NCBI GenBank assembly: GCA_964421975.1
Contig: CAYQZL010000002.1
Coordinates: 7,291 to 71,290, forward strand
DNA length: 64,000 nucleotides
DNA from: an uncultured Rikenellaceae bacterium
Lineage (GTDB): Bacteria > Bacteroidota > Bacteroidia > Bacteroidales > VadinHA17
Direction of reading: 5' to 3'
Shown here in pieces: positions 1 to 11,215 of this stretch. Numbering within the stretch: the stretch's first letter is position 1; each line of letters starts with the position of its first letter. Both the position numbers and the translations under genes were made by a program. The notes under the pieces are model-generated. The model was not told the origin of the DNA. It made no database searches and worked only from the letters and a program-made list of their open reading frames with translations.

Positions 1-1341
1 ATTACCATCAGGAAGAGTTTCAACATCAAGACCCCTTGTACCGGAAAGTTTTTTCATTTCTGCATATATTTTCTCAGCTACCGGTTTCTGAACCCTGGTT
101 GCTTCAACCCTGAATGATAATGTCGGAGGTATGGTATCCGCCTGAATCTCTTTTATTATTGCATCGTCGGGAGTAAAGGGTATAATACCCCATTCCTTTT
201 CGAGTATTGCAGCTCTTTCGAGCGAAACAGGCTTCCCTCCCGAGAAGGCTACAATAAATGCATCCCTGAAGCCCTTTTGTTTAACCTGTGGAAGTGCCGT
301 CCTTGCATCATCGCTTTTCCGGAACATGCCTGCATAATATGTCGTCAAACCTGATCTGGCATTCCTGATCCCGTAGACCGGAGTAATGCCCTTGAAAAAT
401 GTGGAAGTCACCGCATTACGGAATACCGCCATCTGTATCCTGTATATCAGTCCCGGAGGATGGACCGGATTGATCCTGATCTTTTCTCCTGTTTCATGAA
501 CAGGCAGGGGATCAATCCTGAAAAGCATCAGAACTCCTGTTGCAACAGGCTGTTTTACAGCTTCTGCAACATGCTCGTCAATAAGAACTTCAAATGTAGA
601 ATCAGCCTCCTCCCCTATTTTTTCCTCCACCTTTTTAACATCCTGAAGCACTGTATCTGTCGCCAATCCTGAAGATGGCGGTATACTATCCGGCTGCTTT
701 GATGCGATGACCTGTTCCTGAGGCCTGTAAACAGGAGGCTCCTTATTTCCGGCTTTTAAATCCGGATCTTCCCTTTCCGGCTCTTGCTCATCCCTGACCT
801 CAATCTTCCTGTCCGCATCGATTTCTGTGATGTAAGTATCAGAAAGGGATATCTTACCTTTCTTATCTATGCACTGCTGGATAAATTCCTGTGTGTTCAG
901 CTCCCGTGCCCGTTTCCTGCCTGCCTGATCTGTAAATTCATTGAATGCTGTAACAGCTTCTTCAAACCGGCCTGCCGACTGGAGAGCTCTTCCATGCCAG
1001 AACAATACATCTGGCGGAAGCCTCCGCAACATTGCATCATCCTTCCTTGCCTCTTTAAGCAAGTCACTTGCCGCTTCCGGATCCTTTTTCATCTGTACAA
1101 GACAAATTCCCGAATAATACTTATATAAGGGATCCCTGGGATATACCGACAACAGTTCACTGAACTGATCATATGCCAGCTGATAGTTCCCTTTATTATA
1201 AGCACTTACAGCTGTCTCCCTGGATATTTTCTGCTGTGCTGTTACAGAACAGAATATACTCAATGTCAGAATGAAAACTGGCAACCTGCGTATCCTGTCC
1301 GAAAGCTTTACCTTTAATGTACTATTTTTCTGACCACCCAC
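1..1341 (-). CDS. TPR-repeat / SPOR-domain exported protein; C-terminal end lies beyond the left window edge
   Basis: Absent from the ORF track because no stop falls inside the window. Hand translation of the minus strand gives one open frame from a GTG at 1341 (just after in-frame TAG-TAA) to base 1. It has a signal-like N-terminus (RRLPVFILTLSIFCSVTAQQ) and TPR-like helices (AYNKGNYQLAYDQFSELLSVYP, FWHGRALQSAGRFEEAVTAF). An acidic/Pro linker follows, then a SPOR-like segment (YRIQMAVFRN..TTYYAGMFRKSDDARTALPQVKQKGFRDAFIVAF). The start codon is uncertain. Confidence 0.6.
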   Translation of the reverse strand, partial: MGGQKNSTLKVKLSDRIRRLPVFILTLSIFCSVTAQQKISRETAVSAYNKGNYQLAYDQFSELLSVYPRDPLYKYYSGICLVQMKKDPEAASDLLKEARKDDAMLRRLPPDVLFWHGRALQSAGRFEEAVTAFNEFTDQAGRKRARELNTQEFIQQCIDKKGKISLSDTYITEIDADRKIEVRDEQEPEREDPDLKAGNKEPPVYRPQEQVIASKQPDSIPPSSGLATDTVLQDVKKVEEKIGEEADSTFEVLIDEHVAEAVKQPVATGVLMLFRIDPLPVHETGEKIRINPVHPPGLIYRIQMAVFRNAVTSTFFKGITPVYGIRNARSGLTTYYAGMFRKSDDARTALPQVKQKGFRDAFIVAFSGGKPVSLERAAILEKEWGIIPFTPDDAIIKEIQADTIPPTLSFRVEATRVQKPVAEKIYAEMKKLSGTRGLDVETLPDGN

Positions 1342-1485
1342 TGCAATTAATTGTATATCATTTAATTACTAAAATCCAATTCCTGCCGGTACCACTAATG
1401 CTGTTAATAACAAAATATCAACCAACTGATAGGAATACAATTCAAACTTCGTAAATTTACCCATAATAACAAAATTACTAAACCC

Positions 1486-1947
1486 ATGGGAGAATTAAAA
1501 GAAGGCATGAAAGCACCTTCATTTGAAGGGAAAGACCAGAACGGCAATCTGATAAGGCTGTCTGATTTTGAGGGCAAAAAACTGGTCCTCTATTTTTATC
1601 CTAAGGATAATACTCCTGGCTGTACTGCAGAAGCCTGCGACCTGAGAGATAACTATAATACCTTTCTGAAAAAGGGATTTGCAGTTGTCGGGGTTAGCAT
1701 GGACAGTGAAATATCACACCGAAAATTTGCAGAAAAATATTCCCTTCCTTTCCCGCTTATTGCAGATACATCAAAAAAGATGCTGGAAGACTATGATGTA
1801 TGGAAAGAAAAAAGTCTTTACGGGAAGACTTTTTTAGGAACAGTACGGACCACATACATTATCGACGAAAAGGGGATCATTGAAAAGATCTTCAAAAAAG
1901 TCGATACAAAAGCACATTCCGAACAGATATTTAAGATATTCAAGTAA
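1486..1947 (+). CDS. bcp: thioredoxin-dependent thiol peroxidase (peroxiredoxin Bcp)
   Basis: 153 aa. Contains YFYPKDNTPGCTAEACDLRD, the peroxidatic Cys motif (PxxxTxxC) of the AhpC/TSA-Bcp family. Confidence 0.85.
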   Translation: MGELKEGMKAPSFEGKDQNGNLIRLSDFEGKKLVLYFYPKDNTPGCTAEACDLRDNYNTFLKKGFAVVGVSMDSEISHRKFAEKYSLPFPLIADTSKKMLEDYDVWKEKSLYGKTFLGTVRTTYIIDEKGIIEKIFKKVDTKAHSEQIFKIFK

Positions 1948-1959
1948 TAAACAAGTAAT

Positions 1960-2970
1960 ATGAGTAACGAAAGAAAAGAGATCGATAAGGAAAAGCTTAA
2001 GGCATTAGAGGTAACAATCGGCAAGATTGAGAAGGATTTTGGTAAGGGAACAATAATGAAGCTTGGAGACCAGGCAGTTGAGAATATCCAGGTCATTTCG
2101 ACCGGTTCAATCGGCCTTGATGCCGCTCTTGGTATCGGCGGATTACCGCGCGGCCGTGTTATAGAGATCTATGGCCCTGAAGCATCAGGGAAAACAACTC
2201 TGGCAATACATGCAATAGCCGAGGCACAGAAGAACGGAGGTATTGCAGCTATTATTGATGCCGAGCATACTTTTGACAGAAACTATGCCGAAAAACTCGG
2301 GGTAGACGTTGAAAATCTGCTGATCTCACAGCCGGATAACGGAGAACAGGCACTCGAGATAGCAGATAATCTTATCCGCTCAGGTGCACTCGACATAATT
2401 GTTATTGACTCAGTAGCCGCCCTGACACCCAAAGCCGAAATTGAGGGTGAAATGGGTGACTCCAAAATGGGACTTCAGGCCAGGCTTATGTCACAGGCTC
2501 TGAGGAAACTGACAGCCAACATCAGCAAAACAAATACATCCTGTATCTTTATCAACCAGCTAAGGGAAAAGATCGGGGTCATGTTCGGTAATCCCGAGAC
2601 AACAACCGGAGGTAATGCCCTTAAGTTCTATTCTTCGGTCAGACTTGATATACGTAAAACAAATCAGCTTAAGGATGGTGAAGAGATCGTAGGCAACAGG
2701 ACAAGAGTCAAGATCGTCAAAAACAAGCTTGCTCCACCTTTCAGGAAAGCCGACTTTGATATACTTTACGGTGAAGGGATATCGCAGCTTGGCGAGATAG
2801 TCGACCTGGGAACTGATTTTAATATTATCAAAAAGAGCGGATCATGGTTCAGCTATAATGAAACAAAGATCGGCCAGGGAAGGGATTCAGTGAAACAGAT
2901 ACTGAAAGATAATCCGGAATTATATGAAGAGCTGAAATCAAAGGTATACGAAGCCCTGAAAAACCAGTAA
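1960..2970 (+). CDS. recA: recombinase RecA
   Basis: 336 aa. Has the Walker [20 protein letters not shown] and [36 protein letters not shown]. These are unmistakable RecA signatures. Confidence 0.97.
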   Translation: MSNERKEIDKEKLKALEVTIGKIEKDFGKGTIMKLGDQAVENIQVISTGSIGLDAALGIGGLPRGRVIEIYGPEASGKTTLAIHAIAEAQKNGGIAAIIDAEHTFDRNYAEKLGVDVENLLISQPDNGEQALEIADNLIRSGALDIIVIDSVAALTPKAEIEGEMGDSKMGLQARLMSQALRKLTANISKTNTSCIFINQLREKIGVMFGNPETTTGGNALKFYSSVRLDIRKTNQLKDGEEIVGNRTRVKIVKNKLAPPFRKADFDILYGEGISQLGEIVDLGTDFNIIKKSGSWFSYNETKIGQGRDSVKQILKDNPELYEELKSKVYEALKNQ

Positions 2971-2989
2971 CTTTCAACTATATACAACA

Positions 2990-5050
2990 ATGAACAAATT
3001 TCTTTTCCCGGTAGCCTTATCGGCTATCCTCTGTATTGTTTCGTGTAAAAGCAAAAACGAAGAAAGTAAAGATGCCACTCCCCGTTTCAGTAATGAGCTC
3101 ACAAGGGAAGAGAAAGCCGGAGGCATAATGACTCCCGAAATCCTCTGGAAATTCAGCAGACTGGGATCATTCGATCTTTCACCGGACGGATCAACGGTCA
3201 TATACACCGCGACTGATATCGACATGAAAACAGAAACAAGGAGAACCAATATATTCAGGATACCTTCATCAGGCGGTGATCCGGCACAGATCACCACCGA
3301 AGGGGGCAGTTCTCCCCGTTGGTTCAGTAATGGTCAATCCATTGCTTTCGTCAGTGGCGGCCGTTTAATGACAATGAAACCCGACGGTTCGGAGAAACAA
3401 ACAGTTGAAGGACTGGAAAATTTTGAATACTTCAATATTTCACCGGCAGGAGACAAAATCCTGTTTACCAGAAGGGTAAAGCTCGACCAGACTGCAAACG
3501 AGAAATATAACCTTTCAAATGCCCGGGTAAGGATTATCGACGATCTTATGTACCGGCACTGGGACTATTGGAGCGATTATTCATACAGCCATGTTTTTGT
3601 AGCTTCATTTAACGGCAGGAAAGTCTCGGGTATAAAAGATATAATGGAAGGTCAGAAATATGAATCTCCGACTGCACCTTATTTCGATGAAAATGAAATA
3701 TCGTGGAGCCCCGATGGCAGGTATATTGCATATACATCCAAAAGGATGAGCGGTAGAGACGATGCCCGAAGCACAAATACCGACATTTTTCTTCATGAGA
3801 TCTCAACAGGAAAGGAAGTGAACATATCGGAGAAAAATCATGGTTTTGATAAATACCCTGTTTTCTCTCCGGACGGATCAAAGATCGCCTTTCAGAGCAT
3901 GGAAAGGGAAGGATATGAATCAGACCTCGACAGACTTTTCATTTATGATATTAATACCGGCAAAAGTACCTGGCTGACCCGGGGATGGGATTTTGATGTT
4001 GAAAACATCTCATGGTCTGATAACACGACAATCTTTTTTACCTGTGCCCATCTCGGAACAGCACAGATCTTCAAAACAGACCTTGAAGGGCAGGGTGTTA
4101 AAAAAGTAACCGAAGGTGTTCATGATCTGGGGCCGCTGCAGCTCAGATCCGGAGTCATGGTCTCCCGCATACAGTCAATGTCTATGGCACCGGAAATAAC
4201 ATCAGTTGATGCCGCCACTGGTTCGCTGAACCAGATAAGCTTTATCAATGAAGCAATCTATGAGGCAGTTAAAATGGGGAAAACCGAAGAAAAATATATT
4301 AAGACAAAAGACAACAAGGATCTGCAGATGTGGATTATTTATCCACCCGATTTCGATCCTGCGAAGAAATATCCGGCATTATTATTCTGTAAGGGAGGTC
4401 CTCAGGGTCCGCTGGGGCAAAGCTGGTCCTACCGCTGGAACTACCAGCTGATGGCTGCAAAAGGATATATAGTGATCGCTCCAAACAGAAGGGGAAGTTC
4501 AGGATTCGGACAGGCATGGAAAGAACAGATATCCGGAGATTATGGCGGTAAGAACATACAGGATTATCTTGATGCCACCGATGCCATGGCAAAGGAAGCC
4601 TATGTCGACAAAAACAGGATAGGAGCTGTTGGCGCCAGCTATGGCGGCTCTTCAGTCTTCTACCTTGCAGGTATGCACGGAGGCAGATTTAATGCATTCA
4701 TTTCACATTGCGGTGTATTTAACCTTATAAGCTGGTATGGATCAACTGAAGAACTCTGGTTCCCCGATAAAGATATAGAAGGACCATACTGGGAGCTTCC
4801 TAAAAGCTATCAGTTCTCTCCACATCTGATGGCAGGTAACTGGGATACCCCGATACTTATAATCACAGGAGCTCTTGACTTCAGGATACCTTATACCCAG
4901 AGCCTGGAAGCTTTCACAGCTGCCCAGCTGCATAATGTCCCGAGCAGACTGCTCTACTTCGAGGATGAAGGACACTGGGTGCTCAAACCACACAATGCAC
5001 TTATATGGCAAAACGAATTCTTCAGATGGCTGGATACATATCTGCAGTAG
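2990..5050 (+). CDS. S9 family serine peptidase (prolyl oligopeptidase / dipeptidyl-peptidase type) with N-terminal beta-propeller; lipoprotein
   Basis: 686 aa. Lipobox-like LCIVSCKS. Repeated WSPDG / FSPDGSKIAF PD40-type propeller motifs. C-terminal alpha/beta hydrolase with nucleophile GASYGG, plus ALDFRIP (Asp) and EGHWV (His). Confidence 0.85.
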   Translation: MNKFLFPVALSAILCIVSCKSKNEESKDATPRFSNELTREEKAGGIMTPEILWKFSRLGSFDLSPDGSTVIYTATDIDMKTETRRTNIFRIPSSGGDPAQITTEGGSSPRWFSNGQSIAFVSGGRLMTMKPDGSEKQTVEGLENFEYFNISPAGDKILFTRRVKLDQTANEKYNLSNARVRIIDDLMYRHWDYWSDYSYSHVFVASFNGRKVSGIKDIMEGQKYESPTAPYFDENEISWSPDGRYIAYTSKRMSGRDDARSTNTDIFLHEISTGKEVNISEKNHGFDKYPVFSPDGSKIAFQSMEREGYESDLDRLFIYDINTGKSTWLTRGWDFDVENISWSDNTTIFFTCAHLGTAQIFKTDLEGQGVKKVTEGVHDLGPLQLRSGVMVSRIQSMSMAPEITSVDAATGSLNQISFINEAIYEAVKMGKTEEKYIKTKDNKDLQMWIIYPPDFDPAKKYPALLFCKGGPQGPLGQSWSYRWNYQLMAAKGYIVIAPNRRGSSGFGQAWKEQISGDYGGKNIQDYLDATDAMAKEAYVDKNRIGAVGASYGGSSVFYLAGMHGGRFNAFISHCGVFNLISWYGSTEELWFPDKDIEGPYWELPKSYQFSPHLMAGNWDTPILIITGALDFRIPYTQSLEAFTAAQLHNVPSRLLYFEDEGHWVLKPHNALIWQNEFFRWLDTYLQ

Positions 5051-5084
5051 AAGACAGGTGCAAAAGTTAAATTATAAGTATAAG

Positions 5085-6011
5085 CTAAAATAAACGCAGT
5101 ATTCTTTCCACCTTCTCATCCATTGGCAGCTCCGCGCTTATCCAGTGGATGATAATACCTTTACGTTCCATACCCCTGAACCAGGTCATCTGTCTTTTTG
5201 CAAACCGGTGGATCGCGATCTCAAGCTCCCTGAACATTTCATCATAAGACATCCTGCCTGAAAGGTATAGAGTAATATATTTATATTCAAGTCCGTAATA
5301 GATAAGGTCTTCATCACTTAAACCCATCTCCTTAAGCTTTCTTACTTCATCGATCATACCCGAGCGGAGACGTTGCCTGAGTCTTTCTGTTATCCTCAGA
5401 CGTCTTGTTTCCCTGTCTGTCGCAATACCGGCAATAATATATCTCAGGCCGGGGAACAGTGAAACCTTTTCCTTAAACGATCTGTGATAGTGTTCTATTT
5501 CAATTGCCCGTATCGCCCGTTTTCTGGTATCGATATCGGTTTTATTGTGAAGTTTTCTGTATGATGAAAGGATACCGGTAAGCTCGTCCATCGTTTTCGT
5601 CTCAAGCTGGTCACGTAATGCGGGATCTGGTGGCACTTCAAACATATTATATCCTGAAACAATACTGTCGATATACATCCCTGATCCGCCGCATAATACG
5701 GGAAATACATTTCTCCGTTTCAGATCGTTGTATACCTTCAGGAAATCGTGCCGGTATTCAAACACATTGTATTTATAACCCGGATCAACAATATCAATGA
5801 GATGACATGGGATCCGTTTCCCTCCGACGATATAGTCATCATAATCCTTCCCGGTACCGATATCCATTCCCCTGTAGACCTGCCTCGAGTCAGCACTTAT
5901 GATCTCGGCATTCAGACGGCTGGCGACTGCAGCTGCAACAGCTGTTTTTCCTGATGCAGTAGGTCCGGTGATCACAAGTATGTCATATTCCGCTTTTTCA
6001 GGATCAGTCAT
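5085..6011 (-). CDS. miaA: tRNA dimethylallyltransferase MiaA
   Basis: P-loop ITGPTASGKT, SADSRQVYRGMDIGTGK and AKRQMTWFR. The longest ORF reaches 6038, but the Met at 6011 (MTDPEKAEYDILVITGPT) fits the family N-terminus better. Confidence 0.9.
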   Translation of the reverse strand: MTDPEKAEYDILVITGPTASGKTAVAAAVASRLNAEIISADSRQVYRGMDIGTGKDYDDYIVGGKRIPCHLIDIVDPGYKYNVFEYRHDFLKVYNDLKRRNVFPVLCGGSGMYIDSIVSGYNMFEVPPDPALRDQLETKTMDELTGILSSYRKLHNKTDIDTRKRAIRAIEIEHYHRSFKEKVSLFPGLRYIIAGIATDRETRRLRITERLRQRLRSGMIDEVRKLKEMGLSDEDLIYYGLEYKYITLYLSGRMSYDEMFRELEIAIHRFAKRQMTWFRGMERKGIIIHWISAELPMDEKVERILRLF

Positions 6012-6084
6012 TGGGAAAGAGATTTTCAGGACAACCAATTTACCAAAAAAACACTAATTTTGAGCCTCCCGTTAAAACAGAAAG

Positions 6085-6543
6085 ATGAAAAGGAATTCAG
6101 GAGATATTGTGATAAGGAACAAGAAGGCCTCACATGATTATGAGTTCCTTGAGAAATTTACAGCCGGCATAAAGCTTACGGGAACAGAAATAAAGTCGAT
6201 AAGGCTTGGCAAGGCAGCTCTTGCGGACTCTTACTGCTTTTTCAGGGAAAATGAGTTGTATATAAGGGGAATGCATATTGCAGAATATTACTGGGGCAAT
6301 CTCAATAATCACGATCCGCTCAGGGAAAGGAAGCTATTACTCAAGAGGAAGGAGCTTAACAAGATTGAAAGGAAAGTAAAGGAGACGGGACTGACGATCA
6401 TTGTGATCAGGGTTTTCATAAATGAGAGGGGGCTTGCGAAGGCCGAGATTGCTCTTGCCAGGGGTAAAAGGGAATACGATAAAAGGGAATCTATCAAACG
6501 CCGTGACAGTGACAGGGAGCTTGACAGGATGATGAAAAAGTGA
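6085..6543 (+). CDS. smpB: SsrA-binding protein SmpB
   Basis: 152 aa. NKKASHDYEFLEKFTAGIKLTGTEIKS, KLLLKRKELNKI and the basic C-terminal tail are typical of SmpB. Confidence 0.93.
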   Translation: MKRNSGDIVIRNKKASHDYEFLEKFTAGIKLTGTEIKSIRLGKAALADSYCFFRENELYIRGMHIAEYYWGNLNNHDPLRERKLLLKRKELNKIERKVKETGLTIIVIRVFINERGLAKAEIALARGKREYDKRESIKRRDSDRELDRMMKK

Positions 6544-6552
6544 GACCGGAGA

Positions 6553-7272
6553 TCAGAAATTGGGACTCAGGAGGTATCTTGAATAGAATTTAACGATATT
6601 TTCAACAGCCTCATCAGCCGTATCAACGACAGTGAAAAGATTGAGATCTTCAGGTGAAATGTTACTCTCCTCCTGAAGCATTATGTCCTTAATCCATTCA
6701 ACCAGACCTTTCCAGTACTTAGCTCCCACGAGTATAATCGGGAACTTACCGATCTTGCGTGTCTGGATAAGGGTTATAGCTTCAAAAAGCTCATCAAATG
6801 TACCGAATCCCCCGGGGAGTACAATGAATCCCTGAGCATACTTCATGAACATTACCTTTCTCACAAAGAAATGATCGAAGGTAATGAGTTTATCGGCATC
6901 GATATATGCATTTGGTCTCTGCTCGAAGGGCAGATCGATATTTATCCCGACTGATTTCCCGTTTCCGCGTTTTGCACCTTTGTTGGCGGCTTCCATTATA
7001 CCGGGACCACCACCAGTAATTACTCCGTAACCGTTCTGAGTAAGCTTAAATGCTATTTCTTCCGCCAGTCTGTAATATTTATCATTATGATGGGTCCGTG
7101 CGGATCCGAAAATTGAGACACATGGCCCTATTCTCGCGAGCTTTTCAAATCCCTCAACCAGTTCGGATATTATTTTGAACACCCTCCACGAATCGGTGGT
7201 ATGGATCTCGTGCCATGTCTTCTCTGCAAAAGCATCCCTTATCAGGTCTGCAGGTTTGTAATTCTTACCCAT
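6553..7272 (-). CDS. LOG family (TIGR00730-type) Rossmann-fold nucleotide-binding protein
   Basis: 239 aa. Contains GGGPGIMEAANKGA and PGGFGTFDELFE (the LOG PGGxGTxxE motif). Confidence 0.85.
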   Translation of the reverse strand: MGKNYKPADLIRDAFAEKTWHEIHTTDSWRVFKIISELVEGFEKLARIGPCVSIFGSARTHHNDKYYRLAEEIAFKLTQNGYGVITGGGPGIMEAANKGAKRGNGKSVGINIDLPFEQRPNAYIDADKLITFDHFFVRKVMFMKYAQGFIVLPGGFGTFDELFEAITLIQTRKIGKFPIILVGAKYWKGLVEWIKDIMLQEESNISPEDLNLFTVVDTADEAVENIVKFYSRYLLSPNF

Positions 7273-7305
7273 TGATATTTTTTTTCGGATTTCAAATATA
7301 TATAA

Positions 7306-10125
7306 TTATAAAACAAGCTCATCTTTAAGGAATCTGCCCGTATAACTATCTTCACACCCTGCAAGTTCTTCGGGTGTTCCTGAAAACACAAGATTACCTC
7401 CTTCCCTTCCTCCTTCCCTTCCCAGGTCAATAATATGATCGGCCATTTTGATAACATCCATATTATGTTCAATAATAATGACCGTATTCCCTCTGGCTAC
7501 CAGCCTGTTCAGAACATCGAGAAGAACTCTCACGTCCTCAAAATGAAGGCCTGTTGTAGGTTCGTCAAGAATATACAGTGTCCTGCCCGTATCTCTTCGT
7601 GACAGTTCTGTTGAGAGCTTGACTCTCTGGGCTTCACCACCTGAAAGCGTTGTCGATTGCTGGCCGAGAGTTATGTAACCCAGGCCTACGTCCTGAAGTG
7701 TCTTGATCTTATGATAAATTGACGGGACATTGGCAAAGAAATCGACTGCCATGTTCACCGTCATATCAAGAACATCACCGATTGATTTACCCTTATATTT
7801 AACCTCCAGCGTCTCACGGTTATATCGTTTACCGTTACAGTCTGTACAGTGGACATATACATCCGGAAGGAAATTCATCTCAATTGTTTTGACACCTGCT
7901 CCCTCACATCCTTCACATCTTCCGCCTTTTACATTGAATGAAAAACGTCCTGCGGTGAATCCTCTAATTTTTGCTTCAGTGGTCTGCTCAAACAGCTTCC
8001 GGATATCGGTAAAAACCCCTGTATATGTTGCAGGATTTGATCTCGGTGTACGTCCTATCGGTGACTGGTCAACCTCGATGACCTTATCAAGGTATTCAAT
8101 ACCCGTCAGTTCCCTGTATGGCAGTGTCTGCTTCCCGGAATGATGATATTTTCCGGCCAGTGCAGGATGCAGGGTCTGGTTTATAAGTGATGATTTTCCA
8201 CTGCCGGATACTCCCGTAACACATATGAGTGTTCCGAGAGGGATCACAACATCGATGTTATTCAGATTATGTCCGGTAGCGCCTCTGAGTACAAGGGATT
8301 TACCATTCCCTTTCCGCCTTGAAGCCGGGATATTCATTTTTTCCCTGTTACTCAGGTAATTTGATGTTGGTGAGTTAAATCCGGCCATCTCTCCCGGACT
8401 TCCTTCCGCGACAATGATCCCTCCGTGTATCCCGGCCCCGGGTCCCATATCAATTATATGATCTGCCGAAAGTATTGTGTCTCTGTCGTGTTCCACAACT
8501 ATGACTGAATTACCGGCATCCCTCAGTTGTCTCAGAGAACTTATCAGACGCCTGTTGTCTCTCTGATGTAATCCGATACTGGGTTCATCAAGGATATAAA
8601 GTACGTTCACCAGTTTTGAACCGATCTGGGTTGCCAGTCTTATTCTCTGGCTCTCTCCTCCTGACAGGGTTTTAGCCCCCCTGTTCAGTGAAAGATATTC
8701 CAGTCCCACATCAATCAGGAAACCTACCCTCGACCTTATTTCCTTAAGTACTTCAGATGCTATCTGCCTCTGTCTGTTAGTTAGTTTTTCTTCCAGATGA
8801 AGAAGGAATTCCGATAGTTCGCGGATATCCATTGCAGCAAGTTCACCGATATTCTTATCAGCTAATTTAAAGAAAAGAGCCTCTTTCTTCAACCTGGTTC
8901 CCTTACATTCCGGACAGATCTCATACTGGACATACTGATCCTTGATCTTTGTTCCGTTCTTCTTTTCCTCGCCATTCTCAATATTACCGATAAAGTTTAC
9001 CACACCTTCGAATGTAAGGAAATAATTTGAGGTCATTCCCAGAGGCGTGTTTGACAGTCTCAGTACTTCATCAGATCCGTACAGTATTTTATTCAGAGCT
9101 TCCTCAGTAATATCCCTGATGGGTGTATCAAGTGTAAAGCCGTTCTTCTCGGCTATTGCTTCTATCTGCCAGAATATCCAGACATTCCTGTATTTCCCAA
9201 GCGGTTTTATTCCTCCCTTCCTGATGCTCAGGTCGCGGTCGGGAATAAGCTTATTCTCATCAATGCTCGATATTTCACCGAGTCCGTTGCAATGAGGACA
9301 TGCACCCTGGGGAGAATTAAATGAAAATGTATGTGGGGCAGGTTCGTTATAGGAGATGCCGGTAACCGGATCCATCAGATGGCGGCTGAAATATCGTGGC
9401 TCAGTGTTACCGCTTTCCAGAACCATCATTACACCGTCGCCCTGATCGAGAGCAACCTGTACAGAATCCCTGAGCCTCTTGTCGGTGACTTCTCCAACAG
9501 TAAATTTATCCACCACAATCTCAATGAAATGAACCTTATAACGATCCAGCTTCATTCCATGAGTGATCTCCTTAATTTCATTATTGACACGGACACTCAG
9601 ATACCCCTTACGTCTTATCTGTTCAAAAAGCTCCCTGTAATGTCCTTTTCTGCCTTTCACAACGGGTGCGAGGAAATAAACTTTCCGGCCTGAGAACCGT
9701 TCTTTCACCAGATCAATTATCTGGTCGTCATTATATCTGACCATTTTTTCACCTGATGACCAGGAATATGCATCTGCAGCCCTGGCGTAAAGCAATCTGA
9801 GGAAATCATAGATCTCGGTAATGGTCCCGACCGTAGACCGGGGATTTTTATTTGTGCTTTTCTGTTCTATGGATATCACAGGACTCAGACCGCTTATCTT
9901 ATCCACATCAGGCCTTTGCATTCCTCCGAGGAACTGTCTTGCATATGCTGAAAGAGTCTCCATATAACGGCGCTGCCCTTCGGCATAGATCGTATCAAAT
10001 GCCAGAGATGATTTCCCGCTTCCGCTGAGTCCGGTTATAACCACCAGCTTATTACGGGGTATTGTCACATCAATATCCTTAAGATTATGAACTCTGGCAC
10101 CCAGTACTCTGATCTCTTCACTCAT
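7306..10125 (-). CDS. uvrA: excinuclease ABC subunit UvrA
   Basis: 939 aa. Two ABC ATPase modules ([24 protein letters not shown]; [23 protein letters not shown]) and zinc-finger Cys clusters ([22 protein letters not shown]). Confidence 0.97.
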   Translation of the reverse strand: MSEEIRVLGARVHNLKDIDVTIPRNKLVVITGLSGSGKSSLAFDTIYAEGQRRYMETLSAYARQFLGGMQRPDVDKISGLSPVISIEQKSTNKNPRSTVGTITEIYDFLRLLYARAADAYSWSSGEKMVRYNDDQIIDLVKERFSGRKVYFLAPVVKGRKGHYRELFEQIRRKGYLSVRVNNEIKEITHGMKLDRYKVHFIEIVVDKFTVGEVTDKRLRDSVQVALDQGDGVMMVLESGNTEPRYFSRHLMDPVTGISYNEPAPHTFSFNSPQGACPHCNGLGEISSIDENKLIPDRDLSIRKGGIKPLGKYRNVWIFWQIEAIAEKNGFTLDTPIRDITEEALNKILYGSDEVLRLSNTPLGMTSNYFLTFEGVVNFIGNIENGEEKKNGTKIKDQYVQYEICPECKGTRLKKEALFFKLADKNIGELAAMDIRELSEFLLHLEEKLTNRQRQIASEVLKEIRSRVGFLIDVGLEYLSLNRGAKTLSGGESQRIRLATQIGSKLVNVLYILDEPSIGLHQRDNRRLISSLRQLRDAGNSVIVVEHDRDTILSADHIIDMGPGAGIHGGIIVAEGSPGEMAGFNSPTSNYLSNREKMNIPASRRKGNGKSLVLRGATGHNLNNIDVVIPLGTLICVTGVSGSGKSSLINQTLHPALAGKYHHSGKQTLPYRELTGIEYLDKVIEVDQSPIGRTPRSNPATYTGVFTDIRKLFEQTTEAKIRGFTAGRFSFNVKGGRCEGCEGAGVKTIEMNFLPDVYVHCTDCNGKRYNRETLEVKYKGKSIGDVLDMTVNMAVDFFANVPSIYHKIKTLQDVGLGYITLGQQSTTLSGGEAQRVKLSTELSRRDTGRTLYILDEPTTGLHFEDVRVLLDVLNRLVARGNTVIIIEHNMDVIKMADHIIDLGREGGREGGNLVFSGTPEELAGCEDSYTGRFLKDELVL

Positions 10126-10148
10126 CTTATGACCTGTCAGAAATGGAT

Positions 10149-11108
10149 TCAGTTAACAGTTTCAGTACTTTCAGGATTTCTCATGCCTTCGGCAGGGATC
10201 TTGATAAAATAATCTTTCCCTGGTTTCGGGGTTAAGTATGGCTTTCTCAGCCAGGGATTAAGGAATTTAAGAAGTTTGTAATTGGTTCCGTATGTTGATG
10301 CAAACCGGGAAAAATCAGAAATCGCAGTATCTACTTTTACCTCATAGTATTTAAGCTCCGGGTAAAGATCGTCCTCATCAATATCAAATCCGTAAGCCTG
10401 AGGATCTGAAATAACAAGCTTATAAGCCACAGCCCTGAAAATATATCTTGCAGTCTCTTCCGTAAGCAGAAGATCATAATAGTTATTCCTGCGCTGAATG
10501 GAGATCTGCTCATTTATCGCAGCCCTTCCTCCGTTATATGAGGCTGCAGCCAGTGTCCAGTTCCCATATTTCTCATATGATTTCCGGAAATAATCACATG
10601 CAAATTCTGTGGATTTCTCAATATGATACCTTTCATCCACAATGGTATTGATCTCCAGACCATATTCTCTTCCTGTAGCCTGCATTATCTGCCAGAAGCC
10701 TGTTGCACCTGCAGGTGAGATCATATTGCTGTATTCGCTTTCGGCTGCAACCAGGAATTTAAAATCGTCAGGAATGCCATTTCTGGCAAGTATCTTCTCT
10801 ATGACAGGAAGATAACGGTTTGCTCTTTTAATTATGAGGATCGTTGAAGAATGGCGGTATGCACTGACAAGTATCTCACGTTCAAGGCTCTCTTTTGTAT
10901 CAAAATTCTCGAGAGGCATCCTTTCACCCGCAAATGTAACCACATCCGGTAATTTGTAAGCTGTATTAAAGTATACGGAATCCCTTGTTGTTTCTTCCAG
11001 TGGTGTGTTACTGAAGCCCTTGGAACCATTAAGGGCTGAGATGACAAGGATCAACGCAGTTATCAGTATTGTTGCAAGTATAACAATATTTCTTCCGGGG
11101 CCATCCAT
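10149..11108 (-). CDS. lytic transglycosylase (SLT/MltD-like catalytic domain), membrane-anchored
   Basis: 319 aa. N-terminal TM helix. The SLT active-site region is LVAAESEYSNMISPAGATGFWQIM, with AAASYNGG further downstream. Confidence 0.75.
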   Translation of the reverse strand: MDGPGRNIVILATILITALILVISALNGSKGFSNTPLEETTRDSVYFNTAYKLPDVVTFAGERMPLENFDTKESLEREILVSAYRHSSTILIIKRANRYLPVIEKILARNGIPDDFKFLVAAESEYSNMISPAGATGFWQIMQATGREYGLEINTIVDERYHIEKSTEFACDYFRKSYEKYGNWTLAAASYNGGRAAINEQISIQRRNNYYDLLLTEETARYIFRAVAYKLVISDPQAYGFDIDEDDLYPELKYYEVKVDTAISDFSRFASTYGTNYKLLKFLNPWLRKPYLTPKPGKDYFIKIPAEGMRNPESTETVN

Positions 11109-11215
11109 AATCTCCGCGTATTAAAAAACAAAATGCAAAGGTACAATTTTTCGGGGTGATAAGGATATAAATCAATGCCGAAAGTGATCAGAATCCTTAA
11201 AAAGGGTATTTGAGA

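Noticed and set aside
460-1128. Plus-strand ORFs 460..672 and 784..1128
   Set aside because: They are Cys/Phe-rich translations with no motif. They lie entirely inside the much longer minus-strand TPR/SPOR frame that runs from 1341 to the window edge.
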